From the NCBI GenBank assembly GCA_028023455.1, contig JAQFVV010000007.1:15252001-15316000 (forward strand): DNA of 64,000 bases. The letters run 5' to 3'. Below the pieces are notes generated by a model. That model was given only the letters and a program-made list of their open reading frames with translations, was not told where the DNA came from and did no database searches. A program made the translations under genes and the position numbers. This document shows positions 14,831 to 30,179 of the stretch, one piece after another. Position 1 is the first letter of the stretch; the number at the start of each line of letters is the position of its first letter. Origin of the DNA: Epiperipatus broadwayi (lineage: Eukaryota > Animalia > Onychophora).

Positions 14831-15380
14831 TAAACGTAATTCGTGCTAAACCAGCACTCATCAGTTGATCCTGATCATCATCTCCATCACACATACACAT
14901 TCTGTGCTAAGTTTATATTAAGATAGCATATCTTCAAACTTTAATGAACAGGTTTTAATCTTTTCCACCTTCCAACTTTTCAGCCATCCATATTACTGAA
15001 AATCCAGTGATGTAATGTTCAAAGCTCTTGTTGGTGCCAATATTATTATCACACTCATGTTGATTTTAAGTCACCCTGACCCCTTATATATAGAACTTTA
15101 ATATGTCCATTTAAATAGACAGAAGAGGGATGACAGAATACAGACTGAATATGTAATATTTAAATAAAAGTATATTGTCTATAGTGAACTTAATGTAATT
15201 AGAAGGCATTTGATCTCAGATTTTCAAGCTCTCTATAACTATTCACTCTATCCTATACAACCAATTTACATGACTACATACATGTGAAAAAGATAAATGA
15301 TGTCCAATATAAATGTTTTGTGTTGAACCAGTATTCATCACTTGGTCCAGATCCATCATCTCCCATGCATAGACACAATA
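14731..15380 (-). mobile_element. Two family F HHR elements; hammerheads at 14828-14868 and ~15303-15345
   Basis: Minus strand: tcaa-CTGATGA-GTGCTggtttAGCAC-GAAT-TACGTTTA-TTAG; second copy degenerate. Confidence 0.75.
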
Positions 15381-15408
15381 CTATATATATATATATATAG
15401 TATACATC

Positions 15409-15444
<36 letters not shown>

Positions 15445-15749
15445 GATGTATACTGGTATTTACATATTAGCTTGGAGGTGATGAAAGTTGCTGGCATAAA
15501 TAAATGTGTATATAAAAAACGAATTAAACACATTTACAATCTTTTAAAAAGAAAATGAATTTAATTTTGTAAGTGAATATTAGATAATATTCTGATGAGG
15601 ATAAAGTTATTAATCAGAATATTGATTTTTCTGTTAATTTTACAGCCAAAAATTATCAAAAGAGAATATCTTTTCATAATTGAACATGATTTGAGGTAAG
15701 AAAGTTCAGTCCAAACCAGTAATGTTAAAAAATAACATTTTTTATATAG

Positions 15750-16200
15750 AGAGCTCGCAAAATAAGCTCTTAACAAGCTTTGAGAATATCCCCAAAAGAG
15801 CTCGCAAAATAAGCTTTTAACAAACTTTGATAATATCCCCAACCCCAGACCGATTTCTGCTACTGGCATCATCGGTGAGGTGCTAGGATATTTGATCATT
15901 AGATTAAACATACTAGGACAAGTCCAGCACTTTATCTAATGTATAACTATTAAGTAGAAAATCTAAAATTTCCAGACATCCATATGTCTTCCAATCCAGC
16001 TATCTAACTTATATAGCCATAGGGAACTGAATTAAGTTCAGATACACCATATATCAATAGCTTTAGCAATATAAAATCAAAGCCTTAATACCAAAAAAAA
16101 ATAAAATTTACAAAAAAAAAATCCAAATCAAATGTCACATGACCTAATTTAATAAGCTTGTATTTACAAATGTTATATATATATATATAGCTCGCAAAAT
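15750..16200 (-). mobile_element. Family E element; hammerhead at 15843-15880
   Basis: cctca-CCGATGA-TGCcagtaGCA-GAAA-TCGGTC-tgggg: stems I and II intact, U4 changed to C. Confidence 0.65.
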
Positions 16201-16997
16201 TTTGTAAATGGACAAAAATTGCACACTTAAATCTTTGTCTATATATATTTAGGGGTTTGGTTACTACTTGCAATAAATTTAGGGGTTTGGTTACTACTTG
16301 CAATAAATTTAGATTGTTAAAAATTACTTGTTGGAAGATCCTTTCTTGCAAAAAATGTAAAGGCAATTGCATAGTCAAATGTTTGTAATAAATTTGGATA
16401 CATATTTATTTTATCGAATGCTTAAATTACATATATTGGTTTATTGCCCTGGAAATAGTTTATTACAGTAGTAAAGGGGTGGATATTAGAGTTCAAGATC
16501 CTTAAAGATCATTGTTCAATGTATCACCTCTGATGCCCAAAGCAAATAAATCATTCAATTATTTGATTTGTTGATTAATCACAATTTCTGAAAACTGTAT
16601 AAATTTTAAGTAAATTGATGGAAGCAAGTTTTATGGGATCAAATAATCTTTTGGTTAAAAACCATAGCAATAAATCAGCATTAAATAGCCAATCTGGGAT
16701 AAGCAGTTCATATGCTTGAAGTTAATGTTATTATTCACTTAGCAATAAATCATTTAATTTTTTTTGTTTGTTTGTTTTCTGATTTAGTGCAATAATAGAG
16801 TGGCCAACTTCTAGAGTTCAAGGTCTCTAAATCACTGCTGAATTTAAACATCACATATTTCATATAATTTCCTAAGCAAGAAAGCATTCGTGATTATAGA
16901 AGATTTCAACCCAGACTTTCAAGCTCCCTTCAGCCTTCCAATCTATGTCATAAATTGTTGCACATGACAGCACAAATGTAAAAAAGTATGAAATAGA

Positions 16998-17994
16998 AAT
17001 TAAAACAATCAAAACCCTCTATACATATTGCCACTCAGTGCAAGCCAGAGTAATCAATGGATTCCAGAAGGCTTGTGCATAAAATCCCCATCTAGTGCCT
17101 AATCATCCAATATCCCCAGACTAGTTTCTGTCTTGTGGCCTTCATCAGTGAGGAGCCTTGGATCTGAGAGCACTGCACCTAGATCTTAGGATCTAATGCA
17201 ACCCTTCAAAAGCCATCTTTTATCTCTACTAACTACAAAACTATGAGACTTAAATTGAAAACACTATAATATTCCAAATCTAAGATCATCAGCTTATATA
17301 GTCATATAGGTCTGAACTCAGTTCAGTACCTATACACTTTGGTGTCTTTGGTTCTTTAATAATCATATCCACCACTATTCTATTAGGCAGGATTGGTTTT
17401 AAGCCAATAAACATCACATGATCACCATTTCTTTTGCTTGCTCTTAACTATTATTAAAACAGGCAAAACTCACTATACATATTGCCACTCAGTGCAAGCC
17501 AGAGTAATCAGTGCATGCCAGAAGGCTTGTGCATAAAATCCCATCTAGTGCCTACTTATCCCATATCCCCAGAATAGTTTCTGACTTGTGGCCTTCATCA
17601 GTGAGGAGCCTTGGATCTGAGAGCACTACACCTTGATCTTAGGATCTAATACAACCCTCCAGCAGCCACCTTTTATCTCTACTTATAGGTCTGAACTCTG
17701 TTCAGTACCTATACATTTTGGTGCCTTTGGTTCTTTAATGACCATACCCACCACTATCCTATTAGACAGGATTAGTTTTAAGCCAATAAACACACATGAT
17801 CACCATTTCTTATGCTTGCTCTTAACTGTTATTAAAATGACAAAACCTTCTATATGTATTGCCACTCAGTGCAAACCAGAGTAATCAATGGATGCCAGAA
17901 GGCTTGTGCATAGAATCCCATCTAGTGCTTACTCATCCAATATCCCCAGACTTAAGAGCAAGCATAAAAAAATGGTGATCAGGTGATGTTTATT
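16998..17994 (-). mobile_element. Family A tandem array (~2.2 units; HHRs at 17113-17154 and 17566-17607) plus short inverted terminal segment, 12-bp TSD
   Basis: Units repeat at ~17021, ~17476, ~17843; HHR spacing 453 nt; TSD GTATGAAATAGA (16986-16997) / GTATGAGATAGA (17995-18006); inserted within a family F inverted pair. Confidence 0.9.
17113..17154 (-). ncRNA. Minimal type I hammerhead ribozyme motif (family A), GUC site
   Basis: TCCTCA-CTGATGA-aGGCcacaaGACa-GAAA-CTAGTC-TGGGGA; all invariant core bases present, 6-bp stem I, palindromic ACTAGT stem III, weak stem II. Confidence 0.7.
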
Positions 17995-18337
17995 GTATGA
18001 GATAGATTGGATGGCTAAAGGGAGCTTGGAAGTCAGTATTCAAATCCCTATAATTACATCTAAACTCCAGAGATATAAGTATACCTGTATTTAAATATTA
18101 CACATTCAATAATGAATAATATTTTGTAGTGTAAGTTTTACTAGACCACCCTCACATAAAACAGAGACTGTTTTCTATCTACTATTAACACCTTGTGGAG
18201 GAATATAATCACAAACATATGACCCAAGACATGAAAAAGATATATGATTCTCAAGATGCACATTTTATGCAGAACCAGCACTCATTAGTTGGTCCAGACC
18301 ACAATCACCTACACATATCTTTGTCATTGTTCAGTAT

Positions 18338-19897
<1,560 letters not shown>

Positions 19898-21049
19898 CAT
19901 ATTACCACAGTTTAATTGATGTGTCAAACAGCTCTCATGATTTTGACACAGATCACTTAATTGAAAATATGTTAATAATTTTTATATTCATTAGACAAGA
20001 AATTATCCAATATTGAATAGTATTTTTGTAGTATAATTTTTACTACACCACTCAATTTTGTTAATTATTAAAAAGATTAATCATAAAAAATTGTATTAAG
20101 TTTTCTTTTATGATACAAATAGCCATTTTCTTGCCATTTCTATGATATGAAAAGCAAATCTGGTGAAAATTGAAAATCGAACTGGAAGCTGATAAGAATG
20201 AATTACCATAGAATTTGTTTCTCCCACTTACTTTATTTACCACATTTATCAATGATCTCCCAGATACAGAATGCAGAAAATGCTGATGATGTTAGTTGAA
20301 ATGAAATTCTTTCCTGAAGTAGAAAATCTCTCAATAAAAATATGAAAAATTGGAAATAGGTTTTTTCCAAAAATTGAGGAATTATCTCTATCTAGTGAAG
20401 TAAGTCTAAATACTTTTTTTTGTAAGCAATAGGGAATTATCTCATAATTTGAACATAATCTTTTGCAAATAATTCTATCCCATACTATTTATGAAAAACA
20501 TTTGATCAAAGCCTAAATTATTTTCCAGATTATTTAAGCTCAGACTAAAATTAATTTTGAGGAATAACAACTCTTAAGAAAACTAGATGGCATTACTAGG
20601 AATTGCATTCAAGTAATTTACAGATATATTACTTAGCATACACATATTCATTGATGACTATTATGCCCCTATTTGAAAAAAATTCTTGCAGCAAATTTTT
20701 TGGATTTTCAAATTTTCATCAAGAGAAATATTGGCAAACTCTTCATTGCAATGGACATTTTTTCGACCAGATATTAGGAAAGACATTTCCCTGACAAAAA
20801 AAATGTATAATAAACTGTTAAGTAGAGAGATTTGAATTTAGAATTTTTCAGGCTATATTTATCCTTCACTACATCTCAAGCAACCAATACACATGTGTAC
20901 ATAACATGTGAAAAGATAAATGATTACATACTGCCTTGGAAATAAATTACATCGTAGTATAAGTTCAGCCCATGCTTCTTCTATTAACATATATGGATAA
21001 TATATAATGGTCTGATAATATGAAGAAATAGATTGCCATAATACCTACA

Positions 21050-22700
21050 CAGGTATGATTACAATATCAAATCCAATAAGGGATTTGAGCATTCTATTGT
21101 CAGTTTTTCAATGAAATGTATGAATGAATAGTTAGAAAGGTGGGGAGATTGAAGCCTGTCCATTAAAGTTTAAGGGATTGCTATCTTAATATAAACCAAG
21201 CACTAATATCATGTATGTGTGATTGACTATGATCTTACTAAACTGATGTGTGCTGGTTCTGCATGAAATAAATATATCAGGGATCATCTATTCTTTTTGT
21301 ATGTGGCCATATGTATTTATTGCTTGAAATAGACTGAAAGATGAATATAGACTAAAAAGTCCTAAGTTCAAATCTCTCTACTTGCATATATAAAAAACAT
21401 TCAGTATTGGCGAATTAAATAAATTGTTAAGCAAGTTGGATTTGCCAATAACTCAAAATATAGTTTCACTACTTAAGACTTGATTCAAATCAATATCTCT
21501 TTGAATTTTCAAACAATTGAAAAATGATCATGCAAATAATCAAAAAATTTTATGAAATTTTCAATTTCCTTTTCTGATCCAACGATAAAGCCACCTGGAC
21601 CCCCCCCCCCAAATACAACTGTAGTCTCATCAATAGAATAGGGTCAATTGATGGTCATTGTGTTCCTCTGCTTCATAAATAAAACTTAACAGACCGTAAT
21701 TTATTTAAATATGGACAAATTGTGAGCTATATATTTGATGTTTACAGATATAGTGATAGATGTAAAAAATTTATAAAGTCACTAGTGAATCTATTACTGA
21801 GTTGAAATCTCTATAGGTTTCTTTATGATGTTTTGCTAATACTTAAGCTAAGAAAACATCCATACTCTTTAATAAATGGATAATAATTGATCTATTAATA
21901 ATCTACCTTTTCTTAAATTTTTTTCTGCAAGTAGGAGAAGAAACATATTTATATATAATGCAATATTTATATATAATTAACCTATTCATTCAGTATACTG
22001 AATGCTTACTATAGCAAATAGAGGGATTTGAGCTTAAGATTTTTAGTCTGTACATCTTCCACTCCATCTCAAACAAGTGATACCCATAACCACACACATG
22101 TGTGAAAATTATAAATGATCTCCAATATATGTATAAATGCAGTACCAGCATTCATTAGTTGAGCCATATAATCTCCCACACATATATACAATCAGTGCTC
22201 AGCTTATGCTAAGATCCAGCAGTCATCAATTGGGCCATATCATAATTTCCTGCACTTATATACAATCAGTGCTCAATTTATATTAAGATAGCAATGCCTT
22301 AAACTTTAATGGACAGGCTTTAATCTTCACACCCTGCCAATAATTGAGAGATAGGGTGGACTTATAACTACAATATTAAATCCACCAAGGGCTTTGAGCA
22401 TTTCATCATTGATTTTTTCAATAAAATGAGTGGTTGAATTATTAGAAGGGTGAAAAAATTTAAGCCTGTCCATTAAAGTTTAAGGAATTATTATTTTAAT
22501 ATAAGCCGAGTGCTGGTTGTGTATATGTGTGGGAAATTATGATCTGGCCCAACTGATGAGTACTGGTTCTGCAGGGAATAAATATATTAGAGATCATATA
22601 TCTTTTTCACATATGTGTGGTCATGTGTATTAATTGTTTGAGAGAAAGAGTGGAGGATGAATATAGACAGAAATTTCTAAGTTCAAATCCCTCTATTTAT
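21050..22700. mobile_element. Three decayed family F copies (+ ~21050-21400, - ~22020-22330, + ~22380-22700) with degenerate HHRs
   Basis: Shared gcctgtccattaaagtttaag, CTGATGAGT(A/G)CTGGTTCTGCA and aagttcaaatc segments. Confidence 0.7.
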
Positions 22701-24229
22701 TATATGCATATATGTATTTATATATAAGTATAAATTACGATGTTGACAACAATCTCCTGGTATCAGAAGAGAAAATGTTTAAAATGCTAATTAGATATAT
22801 TTACTGCTTTGCCTTCTAACACATCTCCAATAAAAATCCATCCCATTTATAGAGATATTCAACCAAAAACCTACTACTAAAAAATAATGGCCTTTTTCAA
22901 ATACAACAGTAAAGTCAGCTTGATTTGATCTTCCTCGTTATTACTGATGACTTATCAATCAGACAATGATTACCAAAATTGTTGCTATAGTAATAGAATT
23001 GACAGACTTAATAAAGCTAATAGTAAATCTCGCTCCTTATTATAATATCTACAGGTATTTGTTAATAGTTCAAATATGTCTAATGGAAAAAAAAATCGTC
23101 ATGTTAAAATATAAAAATGTATTGGGAAAATATGAAATTTGAAACTTGTAAAACTTAAAATTGACTTTACTCCTAAAGACTATGTTTCTTACATTAATAT
23201 GTATATAATGTAAAAATTTCTTATAGCAATAATAATATATGTATTGTAGCCTTAAATGAAGGAGAAGGAGAGTCAATGACAGTCACTAAAAGCCACAATG
23301 ATTCTCACATTGTCAGTGATTGATCTAACATATTGGGCAAAACAAATTGTAACGTAGAAATATGCAGAAGTATGGGCTAAAATATCTCTCAATAGCTAAG
23401 CTCAGTGTGTTTATAAAACAAATGGCATATGCTACAATAAAAAGATATATAGGGGAAGCACTTATGATAAAAATATTATGTAAATAAAATCAAGAGGAGG
23501 AGAAATGTGAATTCTCTCTAGCACACATAAAAAACTCTTATGCCATTGAGGCTACATTTAAATTTCTTTGTTCTACAAATATCTACTACAGCTACGTTTT
23601 TTTCATCTAAATATCTTCTAAGCATCTTATTGCTCTGATCAGGTAAATGGTTGAGTCTTATAAAATTTAAGATTTTTTTAAAAATCTATGCCATTTAAGA
23701 TTCATTTTCCAATGTACTTTCTTCATTATCAAAATAAATTTAAATAATATGGTTTATTAAATTAAATCAGGGCATCTCAGGTAACGTGATCTCATTTAAA
23801 TTAAAAATAAATTATTTTAGCTCTTCAGGTTTATTCTACATTGAATAAAATTCTAGAAATAAAATAAATAAGACATACACTTCTCCTAGGTTAATGTCTT
23901 ATCACAATTATGATAATAATAATACTATTGCTACCATAAATAATATAAACATGATCTCTTAATTTTAGAATAAGATAATGAATAATCTAAGATTACACTC
24001 AGATAATAAAAATGGGTAAGATATTTAATAGCCATTTTAAATACCCCAGAATGAATCTACTTAAATATATTATAAATATAAATTAGATACTTGTAAAATT
24101 AATTTTATCATAAAATCATAAATATGATCTTCAAATATGAAAATAATTTAAAATAAGCAAATAAAATTAGTTATATTAATCCAAAGTAATAAATCAAATT
24201 ATAATTCTTTATTAAAGTTATAATTATAA

Positions 24230-25500
24230 ATGTACATTGATTATGTAAGTAAGTGATTCTTATTAGCTTCAATATTCATGTACTCTTTTAGCAAATACAC
24301 TTAAAATAATTTATAAAATTTTATAAGTATTTAGTCTTTATACATAAGTGGAATGATTTCTGGTCGATATGTTGAATGATGTGAACAAACAACTATGAGA
24401 AATTTCTTAAATAGCAAAAACAAATATTTAGACTACAATAAAACAAATACATAATTACAAATACTTCATATCTGAGTCCACATAGCCAAAGACTTTCACA
24501 ATATTATTCCTTCAAAATTATGACAGAAGGATTAAAATTTACATCTTGTTTTATAAAAAATAATAATAAATTCAATTGGATTAAGCAAAATAATTTAGCA
24601 GATTAAAATAAACTTTCCATTGCTTAATTATCAAAAAGTTCTCATTTATCAATCAAGTTCTCATTTATCAATGCATTCATGTAATGATAATAACCTTCAT
24701 ATAATGTGAGTCCATTTTATGAATATTTAACATATTCCATAATAGTTTACAAATCTAGCAATAAAGACATGATAAGACAGATGGATGTATATTGTCTATT
24801 TATGCCTAGATACACTTTAAAATTTTTAAATTAATTATTTATCATATTTTATCCTTATTATTAGCAAACCTCAAATATAGGTCTTACACATTTACAATGA
24901 TTAATTCACATTTAAGCCAGCCAAGAATGCTATAGAGTAAGATGGAGTTTCTCAATACCTTGATAAAACCATTAAAAATGCCAGGTAAAGCCATGATAAA
25001 TTATTGCATATGCTTTATTAAACATATTACAATTAAGATCCACCTCAATTAATTGAGGCAAAGTAAAAGTATGGTGGCATAGCTCATAATAATGCACCTT
25101 CTTTTGAGGGCTAATAAAGAATTTGTCACTAGTCAGGAAAATAATGGGAATATACATCAGGGACAATAATATTAACTAGAAATTGCCTTAAAATAGAGAA
25201 ATCCTAATCTTCTATCTCCAAAATATATGCTGTGAGCATACAAACACTATCAAGAAAATAAATAATAACAAAGACTAATGCTACAACCTCTTATAAAATA
25301 AACTAGAAAAATAATGATAGAGACTAATACTACCATCTCCTAATATACTGGCACACATAAACATTCCTAGAATAGCAAGAGAAATAATCTATCTCTAACA
25401 AAAATACTATAGCTAACAAATGTGAAATATGATAAATAATAATAACTATTGTCAAATATGGTGCCATTAGCATTAGGCAATGAATAAACATAAAATAAAT
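24230..25500 (+). pseudogene. Possible very decayed Penelope-like RT/GIY-YIG ORF
   Basis: Ordered motif ghosts across frameshifts: LASIFM (~24275), RYV(D)D (~24365), LKFT (~24535), KCEI..YCQ..MNKHK (~25420-25495). Weak. Confidence 0.3.
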
Positions 25501-28049
25501 AATAAAAAAACAAACATCTACTGCATAACAATATACCTAAATTTATATGTAAAAAGGAAACACATACTATTTTAAAATATGCAAATATGATAAATTACTA
25601 TTCTGAAAAATTAACACACTTCAAAATATATCATATAATATGCATTTAAATAAAAACATGGTATATAAATATCATAAATACAAATAAAAATCAACTTTCT
25701 TTTCCATCAAATAAATAAATTAAATAATAGTCCTGCTTTTTACTTTCCATAACCACTACACTGGAATATGAGTAGGTAAATTTGCAAATAAAATCTTGTG
25801 GACAGCAAATTTATCCATTATAAAATGCAATATAATTAAAATATCAAAATTTAGAATATGACTATGAAATGTGTTTCCTGGATATCCTTAGTAAAACATC
25901 AAATAATTGTACTATCCAGATAATAAGATACATGCATAGTCATTCATTGAATAAATAAACATCCATGTTTTAAACTATGGTAAATGTTCACTAATCTGCA
26001 ATAAATTTCTTCTTAACATTTAAATTCAGGTTTTTCAAAAATTACCCCAGCAAAAGAATTATCTTAATTTCAATAATAATGAGAATATTTTTCAGGAGAA
26101 TTCTTTTCCAAATCACATTTATTCAAGATCACAAAAGTATTTAACATGAGAAAAATATTTTAAATGTCATATTTATAACTATAGCAGTCTCCACAGTAAT
26201 AAAATAATTAAAATGCAGAAAAATTATTTAAATTTATTAAAACATATATTTTGCTGGTATATTTTATATTTGATACAAGTTCATTTTTTTATTACCCCAC
26301 TACAAAAAAAAGATTTTTCTTTCATGGAAACAAACAATTATAAATAGTAAATTCTTTAATGCCATTTTTCAATTAACAATATAATGTCTTATTAGAATAA
26401 CAGCACAAATGAATTATTATTGAAGCATAAAAACTTATTAATTTAATATTTTTTTGTAGACTTAAACAAATTCTTTTAAAATGTCTGATAAGATACACTC
26501 TTTATATCAAATTATAGTTTTGTCTTGAATTAAAAGCTTTTTACTTAAGGAAAATAAATTCTGGACAATATTTAACATGAAATGAGTGTTTTAGATAAAA
26601 TACTAGGAAATTATTAATACTTGTAATGTTATTATTGCTGCTAAAAATTTTAAATATATTATGGGAAATTTAAATTTAAAACAGACATTTTTGGATACCT
26701 TGAAATTGACAATAGCTTTTGCATCATTATAATGGCAATAATAATAACTTTTGAAGTTTTTCAATGCAGAAAATTTAAAAGGTAATATTCTAAACATTAT
26801 AATAATTTAATGATGTTACTAATAAAGTGGGCAGGTATGAAGATTTCAGTTTTCTCGATGTTTCAATTCAGATAATTGTGTCAAGATAGTTTTTAAATTT
26901 CCCTATTATACTTAATCTAGAAAAATAATAAAATTTAAGTAAAATAACACTTAAAAATTTATCTGGGGTTTTAAAATTCAACTGCTACAAATAAAATTAA
27001 AATTGATTGAGGATCTTGAACAGATGACAATCGCACCTACTTGTACTATTAGTCATGTGACTATTTTACAAGACTTGTAATTAACTTTTTAGTCTTTACA
27101 CCCTTCCATTGATTGGTTTGAATCCTTAACCTATTTATATAACTAGAGAGATTGTTAAATAAAATTTACCTAATTAATATTTAATTATTTTAAAAAAATC
27201 AATCTTTGACTAGACAATTAGAAATTAATTGAAAACACTTCATCAGGATAAAATAAAAATATTATATGATTAAAATTTATATTGCATCATTAATAAAACA
27301 AATATTACAAATAATATTTAATACATTTATTTATTATTGTTTAAATCTAGACAAGTCTCAGAATATAAATTTTAAATTGTCTTTTAAAGCTAGAAATTAA
27401 ATATTTTAAAATAAATAATGTTAAAATTTAAAACTTTTGTTTACTCATTTATTTAGATACTTATCTATCTATTACTTTTTAAAAATCCAATCTTTTATTA
27501 GTAGCTTTATTAATTCTTTCTATACAAATGAGTTTAGAATATTTAATTAGAATATATGTCTTAAACTAAAATAAATTAAAATATTATAGATTTTATTTAC
27601 ATATCAGAAAACAAAAATATAGGGTTTGAACCTAGTTTCTTAACCTTAAAATTAATATAAGCTTTCAAAACATATTAAATGATTTAATTATGACTAAATT
27701 ATTATTATTAACTTAAAATGCATTATTTATCATCTAAATTACCAGCTATTTAAAATGTAAAGACTTGACCATGTTAAACACTTATTTAAGCTAAAACTAT
27801 TATAATTTAAGTTATGTGAAATTTATTTTACAGCTGTACAATCTATAAAATACTGATGTAGTAACTTTTATATTTAAAAATTACAGCATTATAAAGTACT
27901 AGTAACAATTTATTTATGTCAGAATTAAACTATATAATTTGATTAGATGTCTTGTCACAAAATTTGACTTAAAAAGTTATTTAACTTCTGCAAATGCTAA
28001 AGGTTATATTATATATAATATTGGGTAGTATATAATCTCATTTATAGTT

Positions 28050-29400
28050 GTATAAAGTGCTTGCATATGTTAAATGGATAACATCTAACTCCATATTTAC
28101 TTAGCAATATTTCATGTTATATTGATATAAATATAACTTTTTGATAGCTTGAATATAGATGAAATTAATGTGGAAGTATATGTAAATTTTACAGGTAATA
28201 AATGTAAGATTATACTGAGCTCTCCTACACTTACTAATGTATAGAGTATGATTTATATAATAATAATGTAATTTCAAGACAAGTATAAGCTATTCTGAAA
28301 TTGCTATAACTAATCAACAAGAAAGGCTGAGTTTCATATCTAACAACTTTTAAATATCAAATTAATCTTCAGTTAATAGATGGAAATGTAACTTTTTGAT
28401 AGCTCGAATATAAATGAAATTAATTTGAAAATACTAAAAATCTACAGTGAGCTATATGTAAACTAACTGTGAGTAAACATAAGTACAGAATGAGTCCACT
28501 TACACATAATTTTGCTCACCTATAAGCAAATCATTTATTGAGCTATTAACACACAACATGATTGATATATACTAACATAATTTCAAGACAACTATAAGCT
28601 TTTCTGAAATCATTATAAAAAATCAGAGGGAAAAGCTGAGCCTTGTATTTAACACCTCTTAATATCCTATTATTCCTTAGTTAATAGATAGAAATATAAC
28701 TTTTTGACATTTCAAATATAGATTAAATTAATTTAGAAGTATTGGAAATCGCACAAGCTACATGTAAGCTAACCATCAGTAAAGACATGTATAGAATGTG
28801 TCCAACTTTATTTTAGCTTTGATCATATATAAGCATACCATTTATTGACATATTAACATGCAGAGGGTGATTTATATAACATAACTTCAAGACAACTATA
28901 AGCTATTCTAAAATCACTATAACTAATTATAGGGAAACTCTCATATTTAACAAATTTGATAGTTAAAGTTGTTAAATATGAGTTCAACCTTTTCCTCTAT
29001 TTTGTTATAGTGCTTTCAGAGTAGCTTATAGTTATCTTGAAATTACATTAATATATATAAATCACATTCTGCATGTTAGTATATCAGTAGATTGAATGCT
29101 TATATATGATCAATGCTAAGGTATAGATGGGCTCATTCTATACTTAGGTTTACTAATAATTAGTTTACTTGTAGCTCATTGGAGATTTTCAGTACTTCTG
29201 CACTAATTTAATCTATAATTGAACTATTAACTGAAGATTAATTTGATATTTACATATTGTTAAATATGAGGCTCAGCCTTTTCCTCTAATGTGTTATAGT
29301 TATTTCAGAATACCTTATAATTGTCCTGAAATTGCATTAGTATATATGTAAATCATGCTCTGCATGTTAGTATGTCAATAAATGGTATGCTTATATGTCA
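28050..29400. repeat. Family G: three ~250-300 bp direct units followed by inverted copies
   Basis: Repeats of ataactttttgatagc (28131, ~28383, ~28691) and tttcaagacaactataagc; reverse-complement copies 28975-29400. Confidence 0.8.
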
Positions 29401-29409
29401 ACAAAGTTA

Positions 29410-29670
29410 AGGTATTAAACCATTAAACATCATATGATTGTCATTCTTTATGCTTATACAAACTGCTTTTCACAGAGGCAAAATTCTCCATTCAGTAGTG
29501 CCACTCATTGCAAGTCAAACTAAGCAATGGATGCACAAACCTTAGTGCTACTGTATGGAGAGTTTTAGGCACTAGATAATGATTTTATGCACATACCTTC
29601 CTTCATCCATTTATTATTTTGGTTTGCACTGAATGGCACTACTGTATGGAGAGTTTTGCCTCTGTGAAAG
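29410..29670. mobile_element. Family A 3'-end fragments in inverted arrangement, no HHR core
   Basis: ggcaaaattctccattcagtag vs ctactgtatggagagttttgcc. Confidence 0.7.
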
Positions 29671-30179
29671 TTAAGATATATGTGGGCTCTTTCTACTTTT
29701 ATATTTACTTATGGTTGGTTTACATATAGCTTGCTGGGGTTTTTTGGTACTTACGCATTAATTGATATAAATGATAAACAAATAAGGATAGCAGAAATTT
29801 CTGATAACAAAATTCCTTTGTTTCATTATCCAATATTACCAATTGTAATTTCATAATGAATGCATTATAGCATTAGCTTTAAATAGTTATAAAACTAGGA
29901 TATAATTATTTTTTTCTTGACTTCATGTATATAAGAGTACTTAAAAAAATTATTGCTATTATCAAAAATGAAGGGCCCCAATCTTATAAGTACTTTTACC
30001 ATTATCATCGCTCTTCAGTTTTATCCATTTCTGGACCAAGGCCACATTAATGTTGTAGCCTAAACATTTTTTAATTTCATTTATCCCATATAATATACAA
30101 ATATACATAAAAATATTTATCTTTCTAAAGTAGAAATGTGTTATCTATGATAGTTATCATGCAGAAACAACAATTAGAT

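Noticed and set aside
27180-27260. Isolated CTGATGA on the minus strand
   Set aside because: No downstream GAAA with stem II pairing.
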